A DNA stretch of 63,858 bases, counting the filler, from Octopus bimaculoides (lineage: Eukaryota), in NCBI RefSeq assembly GCF_001194135.2. It is 6 parts of 6 records of this genome, joined end to end, with 100 filler letters (N's around TTAATTAATTAA, not from the genome) between each part and the next. Parts side by side here need not be neighbours in the genome. Positions count along the whole stretch, not along the records: positions 11,420 to 42,784 come from NC_069005.1; positions 42,885 to 55,729 come from NC_068981.1; 4 more parts are not named here. The stretch is one strand, 5' to 3'. Below the pieces are notes generated by a model. It searched no databases. It was given only the letters and a program-made list of their open reading frames with translations, and was not told the DNA's origin. The position numbers and the translations under genes are program-made. Every line of letters begins with the position of its first letter. The stretch's first letter is position 1. Shown here piece after piece: positions 14,281-49,292 of this stretch.

Positions 14281-14885
14281 TAAGTCCATCCGACATATTA
14301 ATCTCTTTTCTTCATTCACACTATCACACTACACCAGCGACTGTGCGTATCTTTCCTTCGTAGAGCATCAATCCTCGACAAATCAATTCTCCGCACACCT
14401 TTTCTTTCTGCCGTTGTTGCAATTGTTCAACGTGAACACCACGACAGAAAGCTTCCCAGTCTCGGGAAATGATGTAAAGATATTGGATCTTGTCTTTTTC
14501 ATTCGCAAAATATGCATTTTTTTAAAAGACAGTAAAAAAATCTGAAAACTGGGTTTAAATAGTAAAGTATTCTAGTGTAATTGCTATGAACGTATGATGT
14601 TGTGGAGAAAAAAAAAATGGAGGAAAAAGTTACAGAAGTTTAAAAATCGAAAAATTATGTATTTTTAGCCAATAGCGAGACAGAAATTTTCTGCGTTTAG
14701 CGGAGCGATGTCAACTTTAAGGTAGAACCCTGTAAAGTTTATGGTTTAGCGTCTGTGAAATGACCTCTTCATTTTAGGTGTCTAAATAAACAGAAATCCC
14801 TAATAAAATCAACATGTATCATCTTACTGTTTCTTTTGTCTCTTCATTGATTGTAGGTTTTTAATATTTTTAAAATTTGTTATAC

Positions 14886-15287
14886 TCTTTTACTTGTTTC
14901 AGTCTTTTGACTGTGGCCATGCTGGAGCACCGCCTTTAGTCGAGCAAATCGACCCCAGGACTTATTCTTTAGAAGCCTAGTACTTATTCTATCGATCTCT
15001 TTTGCCGAACCGCTAAGTTACGGGGACATAAACACACCAGCATCGATTGTCAAGCGATGATAGGGGGGACAAACACAGACATACAAACATATACACACAC
15101 ACATACATATATACACATATATACGACGGGCTTCTTTCAGTTTCCGTCTACCAAATCCACTCACAAGGCTTTGGTCGGCCCGAGGCTATAGTAGAAGACA
15201 CTTGCCCAAGATGCCACGCAGTGGGACTGAACCCGGGACCATGTGGTTGGTAAGCTAGCTACTTACCACACAGCCACTCCTACGCCT
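14886..15287 (-). mobile_element. tRNA-derived SINE, near full length (octopus-type)
   Basis: Minus strand has A-box TGGCTGTGTGG (15266-15276), B-box GGTTCAGTCCC (15223-15233) and an internal (TG)n/(TA)n tract. Head and tail recur at 42961-43115, 29733-29890, 35854-35910 and 52270-52480. Confidence 0.85.
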
Positions 15288-15989
15288 ATATTAATATATT
15301 TGTGTGCAAGTGTTTACTTTGTGCGTATTTCAGTGTTATGTATTCCTGTCATGTATTTATATATAAGTGCGTGTGTGCGCGCGCGCGCGTGAAAAGGCGG
15401 CGTAAGAATAACGAAAAAGAATATATGTTTTTACATGCAGAATTACAAAATAATGTCAAGTTATCTGTACTAAGTTCACATATTCCATTCACCTTCATAA
15501 TGCCAAGAAACTGTATTAACATCGCAAACAACTTTTGCTATTTATGAAAAATAAATAAAATATTAAGGCAGTTGACGAAAAATATCTTTAATAAGTTTCT
15601 AATTGATAAATATAAATTTTCATTAAAACAAAACACGCGGGTGAAGTAAATCTCGTGGTGTGAAGAATCAACAAAATTGATGAAACACAACACAAAGTGC
15701 GGTTGTCATGGTAACAAGCTGTTAATGCCTCGCTGTCTGTTGATTGGCTAAAATTGCCCAAATTTCTCAACTTTAATTCCAAATAATATCAGATTCTTTA
15801 ATTTACGCGATAAAAGTAATTAGTTGACCGTAATCAAAATTCAGAGTTGCATTGATATAATAGAATTTAAAGTAATCTGAGCAAAATAAAAGGGGGCGCA
15901 GTCTGCGAATGAGAAAGACTAGAATCTATAATATTTTCTCTTAAATAAACCTTTAAATACCCACCACTACCTCCTATATCTCTCAACCC

Positions 15990-17860
15990 AAGTATTTCCG
16001 CCAACTTCGCTGAGGAACCGACTGAGGAGGTTTGCGAGGCTTGTGCACCCCGCTTTCCTGCCGGCTAGCCCCACCCGATCCACACGTGCATCCATGATGG
16101 TGTTCCATCGCCCAATAACACCAAGGAGCTAGACGTTCCAAGAAAGACCTCCAAACATCTAAAGCAATCCGGCTGTCCTGCTCCGGTCGGTGGGTACACA
16201 GCGACCAGTCTAAAGGAACTGCCTTCGTTATCATTCACGTCCAGGACCACCATCCTATCTTCTGGGTCCAGGAAGACCGACCGTATCTCGAGATCCAGGT
16301 CTTTTCTGAACAACACCGCCCACCCCCATTCCGGTCGACTAAGAAAATCAAAGATCTCATAATCATCGAAAATGGATGCTAAAGCGCGTGTGTTCGAGTC
16401 TCACTGGCAGCTATTACGTCTAATTTTCGCCACCTGAGGTCATTGAGCAAGCGACCTTGCTTCCATGACGACTCCAGACCGCGTGCATTTATACTCTCCA
16501 CTCTAAGCAATACCATGTTGGGCGATGGGAATGTGTGAAAGTAGGAGTGAGCTACTTACCAAGGCTTTGTAGGGGAGTGGAAGTGCTTACTCCGTCCCTT
16601 TCGTTGGATGTGGGTTTTTCCCCAGCAGTTCCTTGTTAAGTCTGACATTGAGGTCCTTTTGAAAGTCCTCTACAAACTGAGGATATCTAGATTTCAAAAT
16701 GTTGTAATCGCTTTGAGTAGCTTTGGATATTTTTATGTGTGCCGGTATATTTGTGGTTGGTGTGACATAATTGGATTCATTAATATCCATGTGTTTGTGG
16801 ACGTGTTCTATTAATTCGTTAGTTTTTGTGCTTATAGCCGTGAGATTTATAATGTCTGGTTTATGATCATTTGGTGGAATGTAGTCCATCTGTTGTGTAT
16901 GTAGGCTATGTTGAGTTTCTGATGGTTGTGGAGGTTGCGGTGGTAGTGGCGGGGATGATGTTGCCTGTGTTTATGCCTGGTGTGCTGCTGTTACTTTTCC
17001 TTCCCTCCTCCATTTCCCCCTACCTGCCCTGTTTTCATTTTTCTGGTCATCGTTTGTGTTCTTCCGCCTTTCCCTTCCTTTTCCTGTGACTGTTTGCCAT
17101 GCTTGTCCCTCCTTTTTTCCGCCGTTTTCGTTGTCCGAATAGGTGGAAGTATTTATTCCGCAGGTATTTGTTTTACTGCTGGGTTGTTAATGGTGTCATT
17201 ATTTTTGGTGGGGATTTCCCTGTTGCTGCCGTTGTTATTGCTGTTTGTGATGTGGTTATTGCTGCTGCTGGCGTGCATTCTGCATGACGTTGTGCAGTTG
17301 TTTCCACTCCAAGTGCTGTAGTGATCGTTGTGGACACTGTTGTATCCAATTGTCTCTGTTGGTGTTGTTACTGCAGCTGCCTTTGTTGTGGTGTCTGTTG
17401 TTGTGGTTGTAGTGGTGTTAATGGTTGCTGCGGCTCATTTCTGCCCTCTTTTCTTCATTCCTTCGGGTAACAGACTCTGACCTGACCTTAATCACCATAG
17501 AAGTAACATCGCAGCCTTCTTCTTTCCATGATCACCTGAAGATGCTGGCTTCCAGGGATTTCTATTAGGCTGGGAATTTTCTCTACAGTTTCTGGTTTTA
17601 CTTGCAGTAGAATTTCCAACCCTATCCCGACCCAGTTCTCCTTTTTGGAATTTTGGATTTCTAGGAGGCTTCTAGGAACTTGCAGCACCACGGCTTTCAC
17701 TACCAACAAGAAATCGATTTCTGGTGGTATGTTACTTATTTTTATTCGGATCACTCTCTGTCCCAGATAGATGGGAATTAAAGTGAACTCCTTCGTTTTT
17801 AATGGGACAGTTGAGTGTTTTTGTGCTAGTGATTCCGACTAGAATATGACTGTGATAAAT
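15990..17860 (-). mobile_element. L1/Tx1-like LINE 5' portion: decayed ORF1 plus start of ORF2 AP-endonuclease; pseudogenised and 3'-truncated
   Basis: ORF2 ATG at 16516 gives MVLLRVESINARGL...DVIAASETR, then LFRKDLDLEIRSVFLDPEDRMVVLDV...FRLVAVYPPT...LVLLGD (APE motifs). ORF1 has RIKISNIPPEID and a degenerate CCHC knuckle RRLRCYFYGD*GQVRVCYP. Confidence 0.8.
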
Positions 17861-17989
17861 AAACATAACATCTTAAAGGATGTTATAAAAGGTATTCCAA
17901 TATTCTTTCCGAAATTCACGAGCCCATAAAATAAACGTCTATCACAGACAAAGCCAAAAATAATAACAATAATAACAATCTAACATAGG

Positions 17990-18170
17990 AATCTGGTCAG
18001 AATGGGAGAGAGAGGGAACCAGTCAGTTATATCGACTCCAGTTCTTGACTGGGATTTTATTTTATCGATCCCTATTGGATGAAAGGTGAAGTTGAACTCG
18101 GTGATTTTGGGACTCCGAACGTAAAGAGCCATTACATATACCACCAGTAAACAATTTTCCCAGCCCCCTA
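17990..18170 (-). mobile_element. SINE fragment of a second family
   Basis: Degenerate ATCGAC...GACTGG / GATGAAAGG...GAACGTAAAG body, recognised as the antisense of an octopus SINE family. A probable head of that family is at 29528-29600. Confidence 0.45.
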
Positions 18171-18597
18171 ACAGTTTTACGTGCAAAAATAATTTAAACG
18201 ATGGACTTTTAAGAAGTAGACTTATATTTAACTGATCTGTTATCCGGTTTCAATTCCTTTTTGTACACAGTTTCATTCACTTTCTAATTCTTTATCCTAT
18301 TTATGGCAACATCGAATACTTTTTTCTTTTCTCGAATGCTTTTATTTTGACGTCATAATAAAATTGATAAAAAAATAAAAATGTGAAAAACGTCATAACC
18401 CTATCTCCGGAAATAAATTTATTTTAAATGTTTTTTAAATCTTCGTTTCTTTAAAATGTATACTCAAAATACCAAACACACCACATGTTAAGTATGTGGT
18501 TAGTGGTTCAAATTCGTTTCGCATTAGGAAGGTTTTTCGTAATTTTTCAAAGACTAACGCATTCTGAAAAAAAATAAATATTTGTTCAAAAAGAAAT

Positions 18598-18915
18598 ATG
18601 GATTCTATTTCACATGACTCAGAAAAAGAAAGGACATACGATCCACTGTCTAAGCTTGTCTGTTGTTCTCTAAAAAAGAAAGGCTTGGATAGCCCTGATA
18701 CTACCTTGTGTTTCCTCGTGGACCAAAATGATTATGAAAAATTTCAGAAAAGCGAAGGAAAATATGATAGACTTAGTTTAAATCTAGTAGATGTCGACGC
18801 AGAAGAAACTGCTTCACGATTGGCGTCGGAATTGAGCAAGATATTTTCTATGGAGGAATCCGCACGAAGTAGCCCCGGGTTAATGCATAAATTCTTCTAT
18901 TACTTTTACTCAAAG
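18598..18915 (+). CDS. Candidate first coding exon B of the SLC6 gene (106-aa N-terminus)
   Basis: ATG with an upstream in-frame TGA and A at -3. The open frame reaches AAG|GTAAGC at 18915/18916 in phase 0, compatible with the acceptor at 19316. There is no family homology, and the ORF runs on to 19044 if unspliced. Confidence 0.5.
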
Positions 18916-19315
18916 GTAAGCAGTGAACTAGGAGAAGCTTTTGAATCAAAGTTTTTATCCTGCAATTCTTGGCGATTCTTATTTTACAAGCTCACAGTCT
19001 TTTCAAAACAGCAAAAGTTATTCCCTGCTGCTAATGTCTTTTAGAAATCCATATCTCGCAACTTTATCTTCTGTAAAGTCACTTTGTCACTACAGAATCT
19101 CGAAAATGTGTTCTAATTTTCAATAAGCAGTTGATTCGATCGGCTACAATTCCCATTCAACACTTTGATTGTAATAACACTGATAATGCCATAGAAAAAG
19201 GCATTACTGTTACATTACTGATTTCCAACTTATTCTTATAATAAACCAGTGTATTCGATGTTCTTAATTTTGATATGTAACATACTAACGTTGGTTGTTT
19301 TATTACATTTTACAG

Positions 19316-40511
<21,196 letters not shown>

Positions 40512-40987
40512 TATTGACTTCATATATTTGAGAGAATATTTAAACAACAGCAATAATAATAATAATAATGATAATAATCAGAAGAACAATAACAACAACA
40601 ACAACAACGACAACAACGTCAATAATATTAATGAAACTACTAAGACTAATATTGATAAACTTTCTCACTGCCATCATATTTCTTATGACAAATGATAAAA
40701 CTTGCTCAATACGGAGCATAAATCTCGGATTTCCAGACAACGGCAAATGAGATTTCGTGCTGTTTCAGTACGTTATTATAGGTTGGAGTTATTGAAATAA
40801 AAGAACTGATACATCCGCTAACTCCACCCACTACTCACTAAACTATGCATATATAATGATATAATATATACTCATCGATGTACGTGTGAATGTTTACAAT
40901 AAATATTTTTCATTTATATTAGGCAATGTAAAAATATATATAGCTATACTTATAATATGCCCATATATGTATATGCATATACATATG

Positions 40988-41025
<38 letters not shown>

Positions 41026-41433
41026 GTGTGTGAATGCATTATATATATAAAGTTAGATTATATTCTGTTAAGAACGTTGAAGAGTACAGTACAAAGCTCG
41101 TCCACCTTCAGATTTCACCTGGTGCTATCTATCAGTAGTATTATACGTACTTCCCCGATTTGGGTTGGAGATTCTGTAGTGTGTGAACGGAAAATAAGTT
41201 GGAATCAACAAGAAGGAGTACAGTTGGGGATATATTTGTAATCACTACAACTGTTTCCACGCAACGTAGTTCTCCAAGTCGCAGGTATTTGGTTATGCAA
41301 CCGTTTCCCTACATTATGAGATCTAGTTGTGCTTCCTCGGGTGATATATAAATATTGTCTATGTAAACTAACATTCTAGGCTTCAAGCGCATCTTTTCTG
41401 TCTGTCGTGGCCTGCGAGGTAGTAGTAGCCACG

Positions 41434-41526
<93 letters not shown>

Positions 41527-42725
41527 TATAATAGCTGTTGTTTAGATATGACAATAATTATATTTGAACATGTATTTCTGTACTTTGTGAAACTTTGTTT
41601 GTATATAGCTGCGTGAAGGCTTTTCATACTACCAATCTTTTGCAACTGAATTATACCCGGTCACAAACGATATCACAGGCATTCACATCATGTGCTTTGT
41701 ACGTGTGTGTGTGTGTGTTTAAATACATATGTGCGTGTATGTGTATATATGTATACACACACGCGCGCGCACGCACACAAACACACACATACACACACAC
41801 ACACACACACACATACACACACATGGTCTGTCACTATCATGAATACCATAATATCTAATGAAAACATTTCAAGTTTCGACTTAATGGATCTTTTTCACAA
41901 AATGGCCCCCTATTTTTCGTCCGCAGTTTTCAGAGAATTGAAATGAATTCTGTTAACATTAAAGATATTTGATAATGCATATCATTCAACCGCTCTCATG
42001 TTGAAACAGATCCATTTAGTCTCTACATACCACATTGGTCTGTATCGTATAACAATATATTCCTATGTAGTCACGTGATTTATTCTTTATGATTCTGCAT
42101 GTAAGCGTGACATATTATCATGTAGACTACTTAAGCTTTCTGTTACATTATGACACAGCTCTGAGCAGCTCCATGACCTCCTATTCCAAAATATATTCGA
42201 AAAAATATCCTATTCCTACAAGTTTATCTAAACTGAACAACTGTCATTAAATTTTTATAAACATCTCTTCACAATGAAATTCATCCAACTGAATGTATGT
42301 ATTTCTTCGGGAAAATTTCACAAACATTTATCCACTACTTAATCTTTTATTTTTATTATATAACTACATTTTCCATGGTTTTTATAACACAATTTTACGG
42401 TAGTTTTTGACAATATCATCAAAAATAAAAAAAGAAATTCAAGAAACATTTGTGTTGTTTTTTATTATCAAGTTGGCGCCTGTACAACCACATGTCGCTT
42501 TCAGGGTTTCAGAAAAACAGTTCGTCACATCCCTGGCCAGCCACGTATGACGCCTCAAAGATGAAGGGACCCGTTACGATATCAAGAGGAAGATCTCAGA
42601 GTGGCCGAGAATCTACATTAACGGGAGCGAACGCTGCAAACTTTGTATAAATGGGCGAGCAAGGATACTAAAAGGCTCGTCCAGACATGGATCACTGAAC
42701 ACTCGCGAGGAAATTTAGTCCTTGC

Positions 42726-42762
<37 letters not shown>

Positions 42763-42884
42763 ATATTATATATATATATATATANNNNNNNNNNNNNNNN
42801 NNNNNNNNNNNNNNNNNNNNNNNNNNNNTTAATTAATTAANNNNNNNNNNNNNNNNNNNNNNNNNNNNNNNNNNNNNNNNNNNN

Positions 42885-42947
<63 letters not shown>

Positions 42948-42960
42948 CATATATATATAC

Positions 42961-43115
42961 GACGGGCTTCTTTCAGTTTTTGTCTACCAAATCCACTCAC
43001 AAGGCTTTGCACGGCCCGAGGCTATAGTAGATGACACTTGCCCAAGGTGCCATGCAGTGGGACTGAACTCAGAAGCATGTGGTTGGCAAGCAAGCTACTT
43101 AACACACAGCCAGGA
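42961..43115 (-). mobile_element. tRNA-SINE 5' head
   Basis: Close match to 15125-15287, including the A- and B-boxes. Confidence 0.85.
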
Positions 43116-43264
43116 GTGAATGGAGAAACGAAAGAAGGGTACTCAACCAATGTATTGGGAGTTACATGTATGGATCTAAACACTTTGATTCAAATTCGCT
43201 GGCACTCTTTAGTTTCAAGCGCGATGCTAGTCGTCAACCATTTTCTGACGACAAGCATATGTAC

Positions 43265-43326
<62 letters not shown>

Positions 43327-46300
43327 GTACACACATATATGCATACATATGAATATTCCATCTGTAGGAAAGTATTAAAATAAATAAGTAATTCATCGGT
43401 TAGACTATTCGCCGCTAGCCAAGCAAATAATGATTTATTAACAGTTAACGTCTTTCATTTGAGATCTGAAAACAATTTGTTCGCCAAATAGTTAAATACG
43501 TCGCCGATGATATATAATATTACATACGCAAAGATGTCTAGATAGAGGTCTTCTTTCTTGTTTTCGCTTTAGGTAGAGGTAGTCTACTCATATAATTATA
43601 TGAACATTTTCTTTTCCTGGACAGTATCTTTCGGATTTCGCATCAATGGATCAAATTTCATCGAGCATCCAGTCACGTAGCGCACATGGTATTTTTATTG
43701 GTACTGTAAATAGAAAATAGGATCCTTTTTGATTGCATGCAGAGTATTCTGAGGTCAATATTTTTCTTATACACTTGCTATATTTCTTGATGATGTTCCT
43801 TGTTACACGTACCGTCGTAAGGTATATTTTCATCCACATAGGTACCTGTAAAATTCCACATCATATATTAGAGAACGGCCAGTTCATGATGGAGTTGATG
43901 CTAGCCTAGTTTACAAGTTTTGATCGTATCACAGTTTGTACTTCTTGTGAGAGAAAGAGAAGACCATCAAATCTCCTCAACATGAATGATAAGTATGAAG
44001 AGCAAAATAGAGTGAGTGTACTCTTGAAATACACTTCTGCGATACTGTATTCTCTTTATGATTATGCAATAAGTCCCTGTATTTAACTTTAAGATCTTGG
44101 CCCAAGAGAAATGCATTTCAGCTATTGCTTTGATTACGCTCTTTGAAAAATGAACTTTTCATAGGGCCTTTTAGCATCCAGGTGTAGGTGAGAGAGATAA
44201 ATTTTGTTATCTATTATCCAGCTACAAAGCTATCTCTTTCTGCACCTTTATTCATATGTATATATATNNNNNNNNNNNNNNNNNNNNNNNNNNNNNNNNN
44301 NNNNNNNNNNNNNNNNNNNNNNNNNNNNNNNNNNNNNNNNNNNNNNNNNNNNNNNNNNNNNNNNNNNNNNNNNNNNNNNNNNNNNNNNNNNNNNNNNNNN
44401 NNNNNNNNNNNNNNNNNNNNNNNNNNNNNNNNNNNNNNNNNNNNNNNNNNNNNNNNNNNNNNNNNNNNNNNNNNNNNNNNNNNNNNNNNNNNNNNNNNNN
44501 NNNNNNNNNNNNNNNNNNNNNNNNNNNNNNNNNNNNNNNNATATATATATATATATAAAGATTTGTTTATTTTATTAAATATGAATTTTAAACCGGAGGC
44601 CGTGCAACTTGACAACTTTATTTTATTAATCATTACTGGTTCCACAGACTGGACTGCTGCTATGTTGGTGCAACACACTAAAGAGCTGTTTTTGAACTGA
44701 TCAATCCCAGTAATACCTGGTAATTATTTTAGCCATCTCCTCTTGCGTAGCTCCAAACTACGGGGAACTAAACAAACAACGGTTGTTCAATTGTGAGGTG
44801 ACAATTACACAGACCCTTACAAGCACACACTTACACTTATTTACTCTCGCAAACATATACACATAAACAAGAATATGGTACGCATCCATATAGTAACTCC
44901 GAACTAAATTCAATCTGACCTATAGTGAAAAAGACTTGCTTAAGTTGCCGTGCAATGGAACTGAACCAGAAACTATGCGACTGTAGAGCGAACTTCTTAA
45001 TTACATAGCCAGAAATAGCATATTCAACATCTGCTAGATTTACAAAGAAATATTCTATAAGACATGTAAGTAATTAAGGAAAATATTCATTATGTTTTAT
45101 TAATCATAGATGTTAAAATATATAAACGAACACTGTGATTTTGTAATTAAAATATATTCTTATCTTTTGTAACGGCGCTATAAAACAATTCTTCCACTTC
45201 CATTATTCTGATAGCCAAGTTATTTCTCTTTATTTTAAGATATCGAATTTAATGTAATATATTTCACAAGTAGTGATGATTAATTTGCAATATAACACCT
45301 GAAATGAATCTTACAAATCAATATATGCATATCTCTATCAACACTAAATGTGTTTCCATGTTTATATCCCATCATTATAGAATGATTGGCAATATGTCAA
45401 TATATCTATGTATAAGCAAATGTAATTTCACATTAGCAGTATATTAAACGGAAAATATAGAGTGCAGTTAGGTAGGATAATAAAAAAAAGTATTAAATCT
45501 GTATCTTAGGTTGTCGCTAGCCGAAATGTTCTTTATTAACTGACGAAATCAGCAATGCTAGGCTAAGCGTAGAAATCTTATGAAGGTACAATTTTATATA
45601 TAAGTTTTATCTATTCAAAGAATTCTTTAAATTCTACTGATTTACATATCTTAAATTAGTACGCTGTTTAAATGTGTTCATTTGTGACTCAGACACTTTG
45701 ATAGCTGTAAAAGTGTAGTATGAAAGAAATTAGTCAAAAAAGTAAACGGGATACATGATTTGGAAAGTAAATTTAGTTGTTCTAAGAAGTACGTAGTTAG
45801 TATAAACAATATCACAGGAAACTAAGCGAAAATTTCAAAGGAAAAATGTTCTTATTCGATAACACACACGCTGGACCCTTCAAAGAATTATTTTTCTTTA
45901 CATTTCTGAAAGTATTCAAACAGGAAAAGTACAGCCTGGCAAACATCAATCTAGCATTTAATGTCTAGAAGCGATATCTTACTGCTATTCATGCTTGCCA
46001 TCTAAATTTCTGCTAACAAGTTTCAGGATTAAAACAGTAAATAAAATTTTCTTAGACATTTCTTTTGATTGAGTCTGCTATGTCATTTGTTAACTGTAAT
46101 AGTGAAGCATAAATTGTGAGCTTTTGAGACAAAACCTTTCCCTAGCTACATTGTTATTCTACGCAAGTATCGGGTTGATTACCTTTATAGAGTTTATCAT
46201 TCTTGCTGGCTCGTTGGACTTCGTTTTGAGATTCTATCATTTTCGTATGCATCATACATTATTCTCTATTTGAATACATTTCTTCAGCTCTTTTGTTAAC

Positions 46301-47689
46301 ATTCATAAGCAGTGCCAATGTTGTCCCTGCATTTCCATATATAAATTTCAAACTTGAGCCATTCCACCAGAAATAAATATGAAATTATGATGTCTAACAC
46401 GATTGAAACATGTCCAATCATTTCACCACTTGGACTTGAAGGGAAGATCTGATCTTAAATTTGTATACTTCAATTTTAAATTTTTGTGTGATCATCCTCG
46501 AATTTTATTTTATATTTTAAGCACATCCAGCGGAATTTACTGTTTTCAAATTGCATCAAAGATTTTTCTCTGCAGTCTATTACACATGCACACGTCTATT
46601 GCATAAGCAACCACGTACTCAGATACACACACACACACTTACGTACAAACACACAGAGACACATTTATATTTATGTTTATGCGTGTGATGTGCGCTGTAT
46701 CTTGGTTTGGTCACTTCGCCAATAAAAAGAAATGTACTTGCTATATTTCGCTTTTTATTATTATTGAACTAATTAGTCAATTTCTTGACCAATCGCTTGA
46801 TGCATGAATAAGGTTTGTTTTCAAAGGCATATACTCAATTTTTCGTGAAAGCACATTACAGATGATGCTACAAGAAACGAAGACAGAAATATCAAAACTA
46901 ACTGATTGATTGGACAGACCATGTGTCAGGTAATTGATAAATTAGTTGACTAATTCCTTAATTGTGTATGCTTTGGTTCGAGCAATGACTGAAAATACAT
47001 CCAGCAGTGAGACACTGGTATCGGATTTCCAGGACTTTTGGAATATGAGTCTCTTAGCCACTAGTGTTCGCATCCTATGCTGACCCATAGTAGTAGCCGC
47101 TTTCAGAACCCTACCTACAGTTTAAATAGGGTACAAGCACCCAAGTCAGGGTACGTTGAAAGCATAGGTTGCAGCATGGTGGATATGAGCGATTTCAGCA
47201 GATGAAATTATAAAGTCAATGGCGAATATCACTAGATGCTGATTAGAAGAAGAGACAAAAATGTCAATAGCTTAGATCAACCAGTTCAGTTAGCGAACTA
47301 CTACTATCATCTGTAGCCGTGGCATGTGAAGATGAGGCATTTCAGCTAGTGAAAGAGTAATGTGACTAAAACCCAGGTCAGACATTCACACCTCATCGCT
47401 CTATCGAGACACTTGGTGGCAAGGGTTATATTGATCCGAGCAAGTCGTCCGAGTTAAATTGGATTAATTACTTAAATACCTCACGAAGCATAAGTGCGCG
47501 AGCGTGTGGTGTGTGCGTATGTGTGTGCATGTGTGTGTATGTATGTATTTAATTTTCAGCTTCATAGACATGCTGCACTACATCAGAATTTAATGAATGT
47601 ATGATATGATAAACATTTCCATACAGGATTTTTACTCTGGGTTATGCTTAATTTGCCGAATAGAATTTTCTACTTTTTTCCTTATTCAA

Positions 47690-48035
47690 AGGAGACCACA
47701 ACCTGCGTGATCTGGCTCACAGTTTCTTCCCTAACCTCACCTTCCAGCCTGCCTCGTTCCCTTGCTCCCGCCCATGCTTCCATACTTATCCCCACTTCTC
47801 CAACACCACCCTCTTCACAGGCAAACCATCATCGTCCCTATCACGTTACCGATTTTTTTACCTGCACTTTCAGTAACGTCATTTACTGCATCTCCTGCAC
47901 TATCTGCTCTTCCCTGTACATCGGTCCAACGGGACAACACTTGGCTGACCGGTGCGCGGAGCATATCCGAGACATCCGACTCGGCAACGACACCCCGGTG
48001 TCGCGCTATTTCCGCTCTGCCGGTCTTTCTTCACA
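47690..48035 (+). mobile_element. Penelope-like element GIY-YIG endonuclease remnant
   Basis: FTCTFSNVIYCISCTICSSLYIGPTGQHLADRCAEHIRDIR...TPVSRYF is the PLE GIY-YIG domain (VIY...CxxC...YIG.T...R..EH). The upstream linker is frameshifted. Confidence 0.85.
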
Positions 48036-48077
48036 TCTGACATATATATGTACATACACACAGGCAAATATATATAA

Positions 48078-48132
<55 letters not shown>

Positions 48133-48343
48133 CGTGCGTGCGAGTGTGTATTTTACATATATGGACATACCAAGATAGCCGTGCTTGTAGTTCAGCATTG
48201 TATTGCGAAATCTTCATCATAAATCGGAACAGAATACAATAATTATTTTTTGTGCGTAATAAACTGCTTATTTTTGATTAAATCCAGATAAATTTCATGT
48301 TGGTTATTCACTGACGCAGAAAATAGTACTTTAAGCACAGCAT

Positions 48344-48381
<38 letters not shown>

Positions 48382-49188
48382 TTAATAATATTAAAATTCT
48401 GGGGACGTTTCTCTGTACCTGAAATATCTCACAAATGTTAGATTTCAACTTATTTTTTTTTATATATATTTATTCTCATACTTACCTTCGGCAGTGCAGA
48501 ACAAATTTTTGTGGCATTTGGACCTCTATTTATTAATGAAAACAACGAGTAAAGTACAAATTTGTTTGTTCTTTCTTGAAAATAACCATGGCTTCCGTGA
48601 CGTCAACACACATACACACATACAGAAGAGACACCCATATATTGAATGCCATGGCGTCCGCTATCTGTGACATATATACACATATAGTCTTCACGCTCCC
48701 TAAGTTAAATAACTTCGACATTTTGATGTACACAGTATTTTAATCATTTAGAAATATTTTTTAACTGAATGTGATTTTAAAAATGTAATTTTTATTTTTA
48801 CAGTATTTATATTTTAGCTTTCTTTAAACAGATAATAATTTAATATTTTTCATTATATTCAAGTCATTAATTTCCGTAAGATTTTTTAAATTTATTATCT
48901 TTTGTTTTAAAGTGAAAAAGAGGGGAAAGTGAAAAATCTATGTACGTGTATATAAAATAGACGTGGGTGTGAAAGAGGAAGAGAGATTTAGAGAGAGAGG
49001 AAGAGAGAGCGAGAAAAAAAGAGAGACAGAGAAAGAGAGAGGGAGGAAGTGGAAGAGAAGAGTGAACAAGAGAGAGAGAAAGAGAGGGAGAGAGAGGGAA
49101 TGAAGGGGTGTGTTGTAATGAATGCGTACATACATCAATATATATGCGTACATCTTTTTTTGTATGTACGTGTGCATGTGTGCGTGTG

Positions 49189-49219
<31 letters not shown>

Positions 49220-49255
49220 AACGTGTGTGATCTCATGTATGCGTAAGTGGCACAC

Positions 49256-49292
<37 letters not shown>

